A stretch of DNA of 63,315 bases, the filler included, from Choristocarpus tenellus KU-1152 (lineage: Eukaryota; Protista; Phaeophyceae), in the NCBI GenBank assembly GCA_964200185.2. It is 10 parts of 10 records of this genome, joined end to end, with 100 filler letters (N's around TTAATTAATTAA, not from the genome) between each part and the next. Parts side by side here need not be neighbours in the genome. Positions count along the whole stretch, not along the records: positions 10,882 to 16,519 come from CAXNAD020010171.1; positions 16,620 to 22,600 come from CAXNAD020009250.1; positions 22,701 to 28,544 come from CAXNAD020009611.1; 7 more parts are not named here. One strand, given 5' to 3'. This document shows, piece after piece, positions 11,335-23,095 of the stretch. Made by a program: the position numbers and the translations under genes. Numbering within the stretch: the first letter of the stretch is position 1; each line of letters opens with the position of its first letter. The notes under the pieces were generated by a model, which was given only the letters and a program-made list of their open reading frames with translations, ran no database searches and had not been told where the DNA came from.

Positions 11335-14300
11335 GGTGCACCCAGGGGAGACTCCATCACAATTTGTTATCCATGGAGTGATTGACTTTCTCGTGGGAAA
11401 TTCACAACGTGCTCGAGCACTCCGCAACAAAGTTATGTTTAAGATCATTCCCATGCTAAATCCTGATGGTGAGTGGGTCGAATGCAAAGCCAAGATCATC
11501 TGCTGACCTCTCTCTCGGAAATCTGCCTCTCTCTCGGAAAGGGGGTCATGCTAAGTGTGTAAAACATGTCACGTTTTTTTTATATATTTTCTGTACTCCA
11601 GCAATATAGGTTACAGTCGGTCTTGATGCAAAACAGCTTGTCCTTTTTTAACCTGAGCGGAGAGGTATCTTGAATCGGCCGCAGGAGGCCAGGTGATTTA
11701 TTGCATTAAGGTATCATTCGCTGTTGACTGAGTGCATTGGAGAGGGGATGGGGAACACCATTTTTTGTATTTTGTTGGTGTCATTGTGTGCATCTTGCAC
11801 TGAAGCCTAACCCTAGCCCTAAGTGCAAAACATGTGTGCAGGAATGAATTTTGCTTGGCAGGGTTGGTGCACTTGTCTCACTGTTTCAAAGAAATACGAT
11901 TTTTTACCCTAACCCTGAGTTATATATATCCCTAGGCTTAATATCAACCCTGCACTACCTTAAACCATGTGGTCATCGCATCACCTCTGAAATGAAGAAG
12001 TTAAAGCTGAGATGCACGTATATGCTGCTTAGCCCAGTAATTCTGTCCTTGCTGTACAATCAATGCGAACCAGTTGGGATGTTGATTCTCCAGACAATAT
12101 TTTGTCGCCTCGTTTTTTACTTTTGGCAACGCTGCACACACTAAAACAGTAATATAATTCAGTGCTATCCCAGCTACGAGTACATAGTATGCCCCTATAT
12201 GTAGTACTTGGGACTCCGGAGGACATAATCGTGATAGATGATTAAAACATTTACAAGTTAATGACTCTACACAAACATACTACAGAGCCAAAGTATCTTA
12301 GAGGGTAGAACTGCGTCCATTTGGGGACCAAATCCAATGTTGTGCTTTTGATGTAATAATGTCTATTGCGTTTGTTAGTAAGTGTCCATATCTTTGTTTG
12401 AGTGAAAGTACCTTAGAGGGTAGAGCTGCGTCCATTTGGGGCCAAAATCCAATGTCGCAATTTTGATGTAATTTTGGCTATCATATTTATTAGGAGATGC
12501 CAATATCCTTGTTCCAGAGACTCCTTTTCATAACGTTTACATTTTACCTGCACCAAACCATTTTGGAGTAGGAACAATGTCATTAAAAATCCGTGGGAAG
12601 CCAAACCCCAAATGGACAAACAGGGAAAAACTCATACCCTGTAAGATACTTTCAATCTTTCAGACACACCTTTTCATAATGTATACATTTATGTACTCTT
12701 ACACATTTCGGAGTAGGTAAATGTCACAAAAAAAAACATGAGAAGCCAAGTCCCAAATGGACAAACAGGGAAAAACTCTTACCCTCTAAGATACTTTCAC
12801 TCACACATTGTGCTTCCTATACTTCAAACATGCAACCAAATCACTACTAAGAAGCAGATTAGGGGGGTAAGAGGGGAGATATATCTAGAGCTTAGTATAA
12901 GAACCAAAGGGATACCTATATGTTTTATTGATCCCACAGTGGCTTGCATTTTTCCCGAACAACAACCCCTACCCACTGATCTTCATATGCATTCCATTAT
13001 ATGCGTTTTTTTGAAGTACAAGAGGGCGGCCTTACAGCATGTAACTCCCATCCAATGCAACAGGTCAAGGCACACCTCCTTTTTTCACCCCTACCTGTAC
13101 AATCCCATACATTTCCTCCCTCTTGGAAGCTTCAACTTGAAAAAAGAGCCAAAGCATCTTAGAGGGTAGAGTCGCGTCCATTTGGGGGCCAAAATCCAAT
13201 GTTGCACTTTGGATGTAATTTTGGCCATCATGTTTGTTAGGAAGTGTCAATATCAATGTTCTGGACACACCTTTTCATAATGTATACATTTTACCTACTC
13301 CGAAATGTTTCAGAGTAGGTAAAATATCATTAAAAAAAACTGTGGGAAGCGAAGCCCCAAATGGACAAACAGGGCAAAATTCGTACCCTCTAAGATACTT
13401 TCACTCTATATATCTATTCGTGTGGGCTCAGAACAGCACACAACCATGGAAAATATATATTTTATGCTGGGCCCCACCAGCAAAACTCAACGGAGTATGG
13501 TAGTGTTCAATTTTCTGCGCGATCAGCCATTCATTTCTACAACAAACATAATTCTATCCTACCTACCCCTTCCTCCCAACGGGCAGCACATTTCATCCTT
13601 TCCTTACTTGTTCTTACTTTCCTCTGAAAGGTGTGTTCAACGGAAATTACCGCTCCTCTTATCTTGGGTTTGACCTCAATCGGCATTGGCTCAACCCTTC
13701 TTCCTGGGCACAGCCAGAGATTTTTTCTGTCAAGCAAGTTGTGACCAAGATGTACGAGGACCCAGCTGTCAACCTGGACTTCTACATTGGTACATGCTCT
13801 CATATGTACATCCATCTTGTGAACATAAAAAAACACACTCACACAGTGTTGAGTTTTATTCTAGTACCATTACAACAGTAAAAATGTACTACATTCAAAG
13901 TGGAAACTTCTTCTCTTCGGTAAGTGGCGCAAGACAGGGCAATGGAAGGATACCCCCATCCCCCGTCCCACAAATGTCTATCTAAAGCACTGTTAACCAC
14001 TTCAGAACCTCCGATTTTGATACCCTTACTCTCTAATTCCGCAACCTTGAAGTGCGTCATGTCGACCAGACACCTTGCCCTTGGATTACTGCAGCATGAT
14101 ATTAGAGTGTAGATATCTTCCCCCATAAAGCAGAACAACTACTGGAATGAAACATGTATTGTGCTCCCCTGTACACGAGTGAAAGCATCTTAGAGGGTTG
14201 GCGCCCTAATGGACGCGGCTCTACCCTCTAAGATACTTTGGCTCACACCACCATATATAATATAATAATACTTCTCATTCAACACCACACCAATTACACC

Positions 14301-15900
14301 TTCCTCCCCTCTCCACCCCGAATTGTCCTTTGACCTTCCACAATAAGACATACATGCCCATAGCATTGGGACGAACTCCTTCATGTATGGAAACAATGTG
14401 CCAACAAGGAGATGTTTACAGATAGAGGAGCCTGGGCCCCATGGGAGAGAGACAGCCCTCGAATCGGAGTGGGGATTGAAGTTAAGACCAAACTCGAGAC
14501 TCAATGACTCCCATTCAGAGATTACGGAAAAGCTTGATCAGCAGCAGCAGCAGCAGCTGAGGGAAGAACAAGAGGTCAGGGACGTAGAATGGCCAGGTCA
14601 AGGGGGTGAAGGGAACAAGTCGACTCAGGGGAAGCACAAGGGAGAAGATGCAGTGCATGGTGTTGAGGCGTTTCCTCTTATGCTGGCCGCCAGGGCATCA
14701 GATTTTTCGTTTGGGCAGTCTCGGTTTAATGACGACCCAAGTGAGTACCACAAGAACAAGTAGAGTGGGTTGGAGTCTACAAAATTAAGTTTTGTCAAAC
14801 ATTTTTGATCGAGCTTTCCATTCTATGCTCCCAGTGCAATTTCGTAGGAGATGAAAGCGGGCCTGTATTCCCTGGACAAAAAAAAATGGCAAGCTATTGA
14901 CCCTTCTGGGTCTTACAACATGCTAATTGAGTGTTGTATTTGTATTTTATATACTTCAAAGTATATATATTCCCCTGTGCAATGTCCCACATCAGCAGTA
15001 CATACTACATAATTCTTCATAGTCCAGATGTGCACCCAGTGTGTGACAACTCCGGATCTCTCTTCTCCCCTACCAAAAATGCCAGTTTGACTTGGGGGAT
15101 GGGGGGAGGGAAGGGAGAGTGTGTCACATGTTTTTTCATGATCGCCCTTGTTGAGTTGACAGATTTCTTATGGAAACAGCACATGAAATGTTTGCTGCAG
15201 CAGTGAAGAGTTCACACCCAGAGATTGAGTTGAACCATCTGGATATCTCAAGCAGATTACACATCGCAACACCTATATCGCTCCCTGTTCCAAGCAGTTT
15301 TTAGTCAGGGTGTACATCAACAATCCCAAAACGTTAGAGTGCATAGGCAGCCAGCAGACTGCTCACCAGGACCATGTTATTGACACTAGTACACACAACA
15401 GAACAGTACATAGTGTCAGCTCAGAGTCAAAGGTGTTTTGAAATCGTGAGTAAAAAATTGAAATCAAACATGTGTTCCCCACAGCATGTTGGCAAGAAGG
15501 ACAGGCTCTCCTCATCCGTGCAATACTCAAAGAACGCGAGAACTGTTTTTCTATCCACAAGTCCAGAACGAACCATGGAAACAAAAATAAGAAGGACATC
15601 CAATATATTTCTACAAAAAAGAAAGGGGGCAAGCATACTAGAAAATATTGAGCGCTCATCTTTCATCCCCCTTGACTTAGTGCTTGTTGATGACAGGTGT
15701 TTACCTGTATCCCCATGCCACCATTTTTCAAACCCTGATCGACTGATCCCAGGTAAAGAAGGAACGGGAAGGCAAGTGCTTGGACACCTTTTATCTCCAG
15801 ACGTTTTGTGCTACACATTGGAGGTTTCATTCTACGCATCTCGACACCCTAAGACAGGATTGACGCCCTACACTAGGGAAGGATATATGGAACTGGGAAG
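11335..15900 (+). CDS. AGBL4: Cytosolic carboxypeptidase (M14D, AGBL4/CCP6-like tubulin deglutamylase), partial; exons 11335-11468, 13631-13789, 14348-14740, 15753-15900
   Basis: RVHPGETPS, FKIIPMLNPDGV..GNYR..GFDLNRHW, DIHAHS, KEGTGR, CYTLEVSFY. Zinc ligands and catalytic Glu present; all four exons are phase-compatible GT-AG. Confidence 0.88.
12283..12802. mobile_element. MITE family A, nested or tandem partial copies
   Basis: TA|CAGAGCCAAAGTATCTTAGAGGGTAG start, a second start near 12401, and right ends near 12636-12655 and 12781-12802 (ACCCTCTAAGATACTTTCACTC). Confidence 0.75.
13146..13407. mobile_element. MITE family A full copy (~260 bp)
   Basis: GAGCCAAAGCATCTTAGAGGGTA ... TACCCTCTAAGATACTTTCACTCT terminal inverted repeat; non-coding interior shared with other copies. 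Confidence 0.8.
14177..14244. mobile_element. MITE family A mini copy (ends only, 68 bp)
   Basis: GAGTGAAAGCATCTTAGAGGGT...ACCCTCTAAGATACTTTGGCTC. Confidence 0.75.
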
Positions 15901-16455
15901 GTGATGCTCTTTCCTGAAGGATGTTATTGCCAGTGTGGGTTCTCTGTTCAGTTGTATGTTTTTTTTGTACTCTCCTTTCAATTTACCCCTCACAAAAGGG
16001 TTTCGCAGTGAGTGAGTGCGCTGTGTGTGCCTTCCAATGATCTCACCTGTCCAAAGATATACATCGAAACACCTTCCTCTTTGCAAACTTCGCTTATAAG
16101 AAGCACCTTGAAATCACCACATTTGGTTCATGCGCATGAACCCTCCTAGCATAACGGAAATATCAAGCAGCACTTCACAATGGCACAAATCGTTCTATCT
16201 CAACATAAATACAAACAAACAAACTGTCTCCTCCAGGCTTTCCTCTAGTACAACCATTGGAGTTTTTTTTTATCATGGCATCCTCAACAATATGTCTTCG
16301 TTTCACAACTTTGATGCCCTTTGACAGATCATCTAGACTATGTTTTCCTTCAAGTCTCTGAATTGTATATTTTCGAGCTCTACTAAGAAAAAACAACAAA
16401 TGTTCACACTGGCTCTTATTGGTAACTAACTTGCGGTCATTCATTCACAGAGTGA

Positions 16456-16519
16456 CACAAAGTATCTGGGGGGGGGGGGGGGGGGGGCCTACCCCAGGTG
16501 TCCCTATTGGCCCTTGCCC
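16456..16519. mobile_element. MITE family B-like left end at contig break
   Basis: CAAAGTATCT followed by a long G-run. Confidence 0.5.
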
Positions 16520-16619
16520 NNNNNNNNNNNNNNNNNNNNNNNNNNNNNNNNNNNNNNNNNNNNTTAATTAATTAANNNNNNNNNNNNNNNNNNNNNNNNN
16601 NNNNNNNNNNNNNNNNNNN
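16520..16619. other. Artificial contig linker
   Basis: N44-TTAATTAATTAA-N44. Confidence 0.99.
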
Positions 16620-16643
16620 CCCCCTCTGGCCACTGCCACTGAC

Positions 16644-18080
16644 CTGGCAGTACTTCGCTGGTCGCATGCCCTCGAAGTTAAATTGGGGCTCTGTCATGCA
16701 GTCAGGGCCCTGACATTTGCGCTGGAGACTGACCATGTCCCCATGCCGGTGAGTGGCGCAGCGGATACGCTTGCGGTCTGACTCATAACCATAACTGGGT
16801 AGCTTCTCGCACCCCAACTCTTCGCAGGTCCGTCGTTGCACAACTGCCATCCCGTCTATTCGGTGCGCACGGCAAAACACAGGTCCCGTAGAGTCCCCTT
16901 CGAATCCGCAACGGGCACCCGCGCCGCACCCTGGGTGCTGGCAGGGCTTGGTAGACACATTGACGCAGCCCTCTGGCTTGTGGTCTTTGCAGAAGCGTCG
17001 AATGCGCTCGATTGGGTCGCCAAAGTTGGGCTGCTTACGGCACCCAGTGGCCTCGCACCTCTTCACGTGCACATTGTCCATGCCCTCCAACTTGTGGTCA
17101 CCACAAAGAATCGCCCGTCGCTGGCCAGGCCAACCCCACAGAGGCTGGCGGCGGCATCCCCCTTGCTCACAACGGCGCTGGGCCACGTTCACCATGCCTA
17201 CTTCCTTGTGTGCCAAGCAAAATTTGGCACGCTCTCCTTCAAAGCCAAAGCTGGGAATTATCTTGCAGTTAATAGCTTCGCAATGACGGTGCTGGACATC
17301 CACCATACCCTCCAGTTTATGAACCGAGCAAAACCGCATCTCTTCCCCCGAATACCCAAAGCGAGCAGGGCGCCCGCAGCCTTCCTCCTGACACAAAACG
17401 CCCACCTTGTACACCATGCCCTCCCCACGATGTTGCTTACAGAAGCGTCGGCGGTCACCCTCATTGCCGTAAAGAGGGTGACGGCAGCAGCCAGGCGCCT
17501 CACAGCGCTTACCGAGGAGGTTGATCATCTCGGGTTGCTTATGCTGGGTGCAGAATCGCAGACCCTCACCCTCGAACCCGAAGCTAGCCGTCTTCTGGCA
17601 CATAGGAACCTCGCAGTTTCGCCTTCGGAGGTCGAACATGCCTTCGACCTTGTGTTCATCGCAACCGAAGACATCGCGTGCATTGTTTCCCCAACGGGGG
17701 AATGATGTGCACCCAAACTCGATGCATTGCCTGCGTTGACGCTGCCCAGGAGGCCTAGGACTGACCAGTCGACGGCTTGTGATACGACAGCTCTCATCAC
17801 CGATCCCTGCTGGTGGCAGCGTCTCTCCCTGAGCTATAAGACTAGTAGTGGCCGGTTTTGTCCACTCCCTGATCTTGGAGAGCTCCAATTCGAGCTGGCG
17901 CTTGGTCTGCCACTTCGCCTCCAAGGCACCAGGTGTGGCCTGTTGTACATCCTCATCTGTTAGATCGGCCTCTCTACGGAAGGCCTCTGACGACATGGGA
18001 AACTCATTGTCCTTAGAGTTCGATAGATAGTGGAAGATAGAGGCATGCAGCCTCTTGCGCTGCAGCGCTGTGAGGGACAT
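16644..18080 (-). CDS. LIS1-like LisH/coiled-coil N-terminus fused to ~10 EsV-1-7 cysteine-rich repeats; 3' partial
   Basis: N-terminus MSLTALQRKRLHASIFHYL..EAFRREADL..GALEAKW..QLELEL parallels LIS1 (MVLSQRQRDELNRAIADYL..FKKEAEL..GLLEKKW). It is followed by 37-39-aa units C-x4-C-x3-P/A-x-F/Y/W-G-x(n)-C-x2-H-K/R-x2-GM-V-N/D. Probable donor CAG|GTCAGT at 16644/16643. Confidence 0.88.
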
Positions 18081-18495
18081 GGGGAATCGTTCAGTGTGTA
18101 ATCAACATTGATTGGTTAATGATGGAGGAACTGGTGTGGAATGTTGATACGTTTGTATGGGGATACGGGTAGGACTGATCTACTCACTTCAATTTAAAAA
18201 AACTCAACTCTCAACTCTCAACCAGAAGACACAGAGTAATCAGCATTGATTGAGAAGTGCAACACCAGTGGTATTTACTGATAGGCTCAAAGACGAGAGA
18301 GGAAATCACGTGACCAGCAACAACGACGGAATGGTTGAGGGTGCGGTCGAAGAGACGAAGCCTATGAGGTACCGTAGGTGGTTCGTGTAACAACACACAC
18401 CTCTATTTGGACACCATCCACGATACACCAATTCTTACCTCCTAACACGGTCCTCTGTCTGAAGACCACCAGGTTTCTTTCGGTCGGCTTTGATC
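18081..18495. promoter_or_regulatory. Putative bidirectional promoter (LisH-EsV-1-7 gene / RNASEH2A)
   Basis: Divergent start codons 415 bp apart on one contig. Confidence 0.5.
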
Positions 18496-20486
18496 ATGAG
18501 TTCTATTCCACTCCAATGCTTGCAAGATGACAAAGGTGGAGTAATTTTGGGCATTGATGAGGCAGGACGTGGCCCCGTCCTTGGGCCAATGGTATACTCA
18601 GCAGCATTCTGGGCTGACTCGGATAACGAGGAGGTGTCTGCCATGGGATTTGACGACTCGAAGGCGCTTTCTGGAGCTCGAAGGGACGATCTTTTTGAGC
18701 GTATAAAGAAGGTGGGCTGCGGTCACTGCTATATCGGAATAGGTAGGTGGACTTGGCCCCACGTTAAATGACATTAACTACAATTCTTACTTATCGCCCA
18801 CCGCTCAAGAGTGCTGTAACCCTGCTCGGAATCTCATGACTACAAATCGTCAAAACGAGGCTTCACTATCTCGTGCGAGATAGCTCTTTGAAGAGCTGGA
18901 GATGCTACAACGTGGAGGAGGGAGTGACTTAGTCGTGAATTCATAACACGCAAGTAGTGTTGGCCCCATCAAGATCCGTGGTGCACCTATTTTTCCAGTC
19001 CATCATATCCACCAATCAACCTTTGCCGTAACAGACCCCGCAGGTGGGGTGGGTGCTCCGACTTCTTTCAGCAAAGGAGCTGTCGGCCAAGATGTGCCGT
19101 AAGACGCCATACAGCCTCAATGCCATATCCCATGATGCAGCCATCGAGATGATCAGGCTCGCACAATCCGAGAACGTCAAGATCGCCAAAGTCTTTGTAG
19201 ACACTGTAGGGGACCCGTCGTCATATCAAAATAAGTTAGAGAGGTAAGGGATGCCCCTTTCCTCGTGCTACCCTCACCCTCCCCCCGCATTGGTGCTTCA
19301 AACCCTTAGCATTCTTCCAACCCTGACAGACTCAACCACTGCCACGGTTCCATAATTGATTTTACCTCGCTTTTGTTGTGTTATTAAAGAGTCCCACTGC
19401 AGACTATGGCCTTGACTGGTCGATACTGTGCATACGCTGCACTTGAGGTCAGTCAGAGCTTCGTTTCCCTTGCCCATACAACAACGTACTTCCCGTTTGG
19501 TCATTTCAGCAAAAAACTCTTCAAGAATACACATACTGAGGGATATATATAGAGAGAGATGCAGATACAGATGTATGTATGCTATATTTTTTATTTTTGG
19601 GATGTAATATCATGTTTAACCTTCGGAGTAGAGTGGCTTGTGTGATGATTACAGAACTGTGGGTACAAGCTATTGCTTACCCAGCACACCAGAGGAAGGC
19701 ACAGGAAAACCTCTCTTCATAACTACAAATGTTGGATTTTTTTTTTCTCCTTGCATGAGGCTGCCGACCTCCTTTAAAGAAAAAGAAATTTAGAAGAAAG
19801 GATATCCCTGCAGGTACAAGGTGTGATGTGGGCGGTAATTTTTTATTGGTTCTGGGATGTCAAAATATAGGTACAGACACAAACCTCCCCTACTTCCAGA
19901 ATATAGTGGTGATCCTTGGGGCTGGCATAGCTTACCTGAGTCAAACCATAAGAAATTGTTTTTTCAATTTCTCCGTCTTCATGGAAACAATGTGCACGGA
20001 GTGAGAGGGCAAGGGAAGCTGAAAATCGAAAAATGACGACGCTGTTTGAAATCAAAGTGGCAACGAGCTTGATCGTGGAAGTATGTGTGTATACTCTCCT
20101 CGGCCGCAGGGTCAATTGGTTGGGTTTGCGGGTGCATGATGTTACGATATTTGATTCAGCGGGTTGAAATTGGGGTCAAGCTGCCTGGTGGTGGAGTGCA
20201 CAGCTGAGTCTGGTGCCAGCCTTTTGTGACTGTGTTGTTAATACGATGGCCCCAAAGAAGCTGGCCACGTTAGGGAGTTGCAGAGGGTACAAGTTAAATT
20301 GGGCTGCGAGAAGAGAGAAATACGGCGTGCGAACAAGAAAGGCCTCCTTAAGTGAAATAATTGTTGGAAAAGGGCAAGCAACGGGCGTAAGCTTGAATCA
20401 GATAACGCTCTTTGAAAACATGGATGGCTACTGAAGTTATACCCGCGTTCAGTTCAACGTAGAGAGATCTTGACTCGATCAGAGTC

Positions 20487-20523
<37 letters not shown>

Positions 20524-21297
20524 GTTTTTTTTTTTTTTTTCTTGTGCCTTCATTCTTTTTTTCTTTTTTTTTCCCCCCTTCCTCTGTCCCNNNNNNNNNN
20601 GAGTGTAAAAAAAGTTAAAAGCGAGTACAATCCAACGTAAAAGAAACTTGACTCGATCAGAGTCAAGATTTTTTTTTTTTTTTTTTTTTCCCGGACAACG
20701 AGATAGTGTTGAGAATGAAATGAGCCTACATTGTGTTGTACGTCTTTGTCCCCCTCTTCCCCTGACCCACGAAGGGAAGTTAGACGCGTGAAATGTGCAG
20801 GTTCTCCCATCTCCTCCCTCCCTAGAGTTTATTAGCGTTTTCATCTTCATTTTTTTTTTTCTGAAGTACGTTCTATGTAAAGTGATTTTTTTCTTCCATT
20901 TTTCATGTTCTGAATCTTAAAGAAATATATATATATTCTATATATATATATTTATGTATATGTGTGTGTTTCTGAGGTCCCTTCATTTGACTCTTTCTCA
21001 TGTATACATAGTATGTATGTAAATAGCGTACATAAGGACGATGGCTTGTTTGTACTTAAATTGGTGTCAGCATACGCGCCTTAGATTTGCAGGTGCTCAC
21101 GTCTGGGGTCCCCTAGGCACATGTATTCCCCACAGCTCATGTCTCTCCAAACCCCAAGCTCCTGAACTGAGCCACTAGACTATACCCATGGCTTTTATCC
21201 ATTCCCCAGGGAGTTCGGCTCAAGCATCAAATTCACAGTGGCGAAGAAGGCGGACAGTCTCTATAAGACCGTTAGTGCTGCGAGCATCATCGCCAAG
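18496..21297 (+). CDS. RNASEH2A: Ribonuclease H2 subunit A, 3' partial; exons 18496-18711, 19035-19243, 21210-21297
   Basis: LGIDEAGRGPVLGPMVY, DDSK, SLNAISHDAA, VFVDTVGDP, AKKADSLYKTVSAASIIAK; phase-compatible GT-AG junctions. Confidence 0.96.
20452..20689. repeat. Duplicated hairpin (CTTGACTC-GATCA-GAGTCAAG) + poly-T either side of a 10-N gap
   Basis: Copies near 20468 and 20647; N gap at 20591-20600. Confidence 0.7.
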
Positions 21298-22600
21298 GTT
21301 GGTTTATGCTTCCTTTTTTTTGCCTGGGTTGCTTGTAGTGTGCTTACAATAGTGGAGTCGATTCTGCCCGGCTGTTCGAGATACTGTTTATACTTGATGT
21401 TGGACTAAACAGCTGATGTTATGATTGTGGTTGAAGTTGAAGTTGAAGTTGAAGTTGTTTCCTCTCAAGTCATGGCCCGTGTCCGTTTTACATCTCTTTT
21501 TTTTTTTACTGATGATACCGAGGTGGAAAGACGTAAGTATTGAGACAGGCGTTTCTTTTGCTTGATTTATTTAAATATTTTGCTAGAGCTCTCCAAGAGC
21601 TCTGTAGTGACCACTTTGTCTTTCCTTTGATGTGGAGGAAATATTATGGCTGGGGCACAGGCAAGATCTACCGTTCCCCAATGGTCAGAGCCGACTATAT
21701 CATTAGCCCTGTCCTAGTGATTGTCATGGAAGGCGTCCTCCCGGTCCAGTGTACTAGGGGTTGTGAGTGTACTCCATTGTGTTACTTCTAAAATCATTGT
21801 GCATGCAGCAGTTGAAGCATGCCATTGCTAGATGTTAGGGTTAGGGTTACATATTTCCTGCGGAGATGTGACGACTTCATCACCAGACAGACAGAGAGAG
21901 AGAGATAGAGAGAGAGAGGTACAAGTGTCTCAATCATTGTGTTCTGAAGTATGCAATTACAGACTCGATGAAGAGCATGCCTCCCATCATTGTTTAAACC
22001 ATGAACTGCTACAAACTACAGCGATAAGATTGACAGTTTCACATGTTGATAATGTTACAAATGCTGACATTGCCCATCCCCACCAAGCTCCAATGACATC
22101 AGCACAAGCATTCCTGTTTTCCTGCCCCCTCCTCCCCCCTCCCCGCACTCTCTCGTGTCATTTTAACCCTAACTCTCAGCTTAGAGAGGAAGGCGGTTTG
22201 CTCTAGCCTGCTTGAGCCTGCAACGTTCACCCTAAATCCCTCAAGTCATTCACTGTATTTACTTCTATAGCACTAATTACTTGGTATCACGTTGAGATAT
22301 TGTATATTTCGCTCCAAAACTTGTTGGTAATATTCAACTCTAGAGTACAAACAATACTGCCCTTCGATTCAAGAATACTGCCACTGTAGCGCCACTGTAA
22401 CTCCTGGGCTGCTCCTGTAGCAACCAACCCATAGAGCGAATCAAATGCCCTACACACCACCGGTGACCTTGCTCCTAGTCAATCCTCATTGTAATGCCCA
22501 TGAAAATTATATCCCTTCCTCAGACATCCCCCCCCCCCCCCCCCCCCCCCCCCGCCCCCCTCCCCCCCCCCCCCCCCCCCCCCCCCAAACCCCCCCCCCC

Positions 22601-22700
22601 NNNNNNNNNNNNNNNNNNNNNNNNNNNNNNNNNNNNNNNNNNNNTTAATTAATTAANNNNNNNNNNNNNNNNNNNNNNNNNNNNNNNNNNNNNNNNNNNN
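22601..22700. other. Artificial contig linker, preceded by a poly-C tract
   Basis: N44-TTAATTAATTAA-N44. Confidence 0.99.
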
Positions 22701-23053
22701 GGCTTTGAGTTGTGCACGCATCGACATGAGAATAGAGCCAGCTGTAACAACAACTTTGATTTCGGGGGCTTCAATTGCGGACATAGAACATGGAAATGGG
22801 GTGTACTGCACGAGGGTTAACAAAAAAAAAATACGTGAGGTGCACAGAGGTCATAACATGTGCATGTGTATCACCTCAAAGGTAGGGGTCTGACTCCAAG
22901 GCCGTGATGTTAAAGTGGCGGTTTCGGGAAAGGCTAACCCGGTTGCAGATAGCTGTTGAGCTCAGAGTTGTGATTTAAATAAGAATGACAACACCAAAAA
23001 AAAAGAAGAGAGGTTGAGTTTTTGGGGGAAGTGTGACAAACGGCCGTACCTCC

Positions 23054-23058
<5 letters not shown>

Positions 23059-23092
<34 letters not shown>
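23059..23092. repeat. (GT)n microsatellite
   Basis: Seen directly. Confidence 0.95.

Positions 23093-23095
<3 letters not shown>

Noticed and set aside
16836-17705. 289-aa plus-strand ORF and other overlapping ORFs
   Set aside because: Antisense shadows of the GC-rich EsV-1-7 coding region.
16644-18080. Integrated phaeovirus genome
   Set aside because: No viral core genes nearby; the neighbour is an intron-containing host gene and the ORF has a host-type N-terminus.
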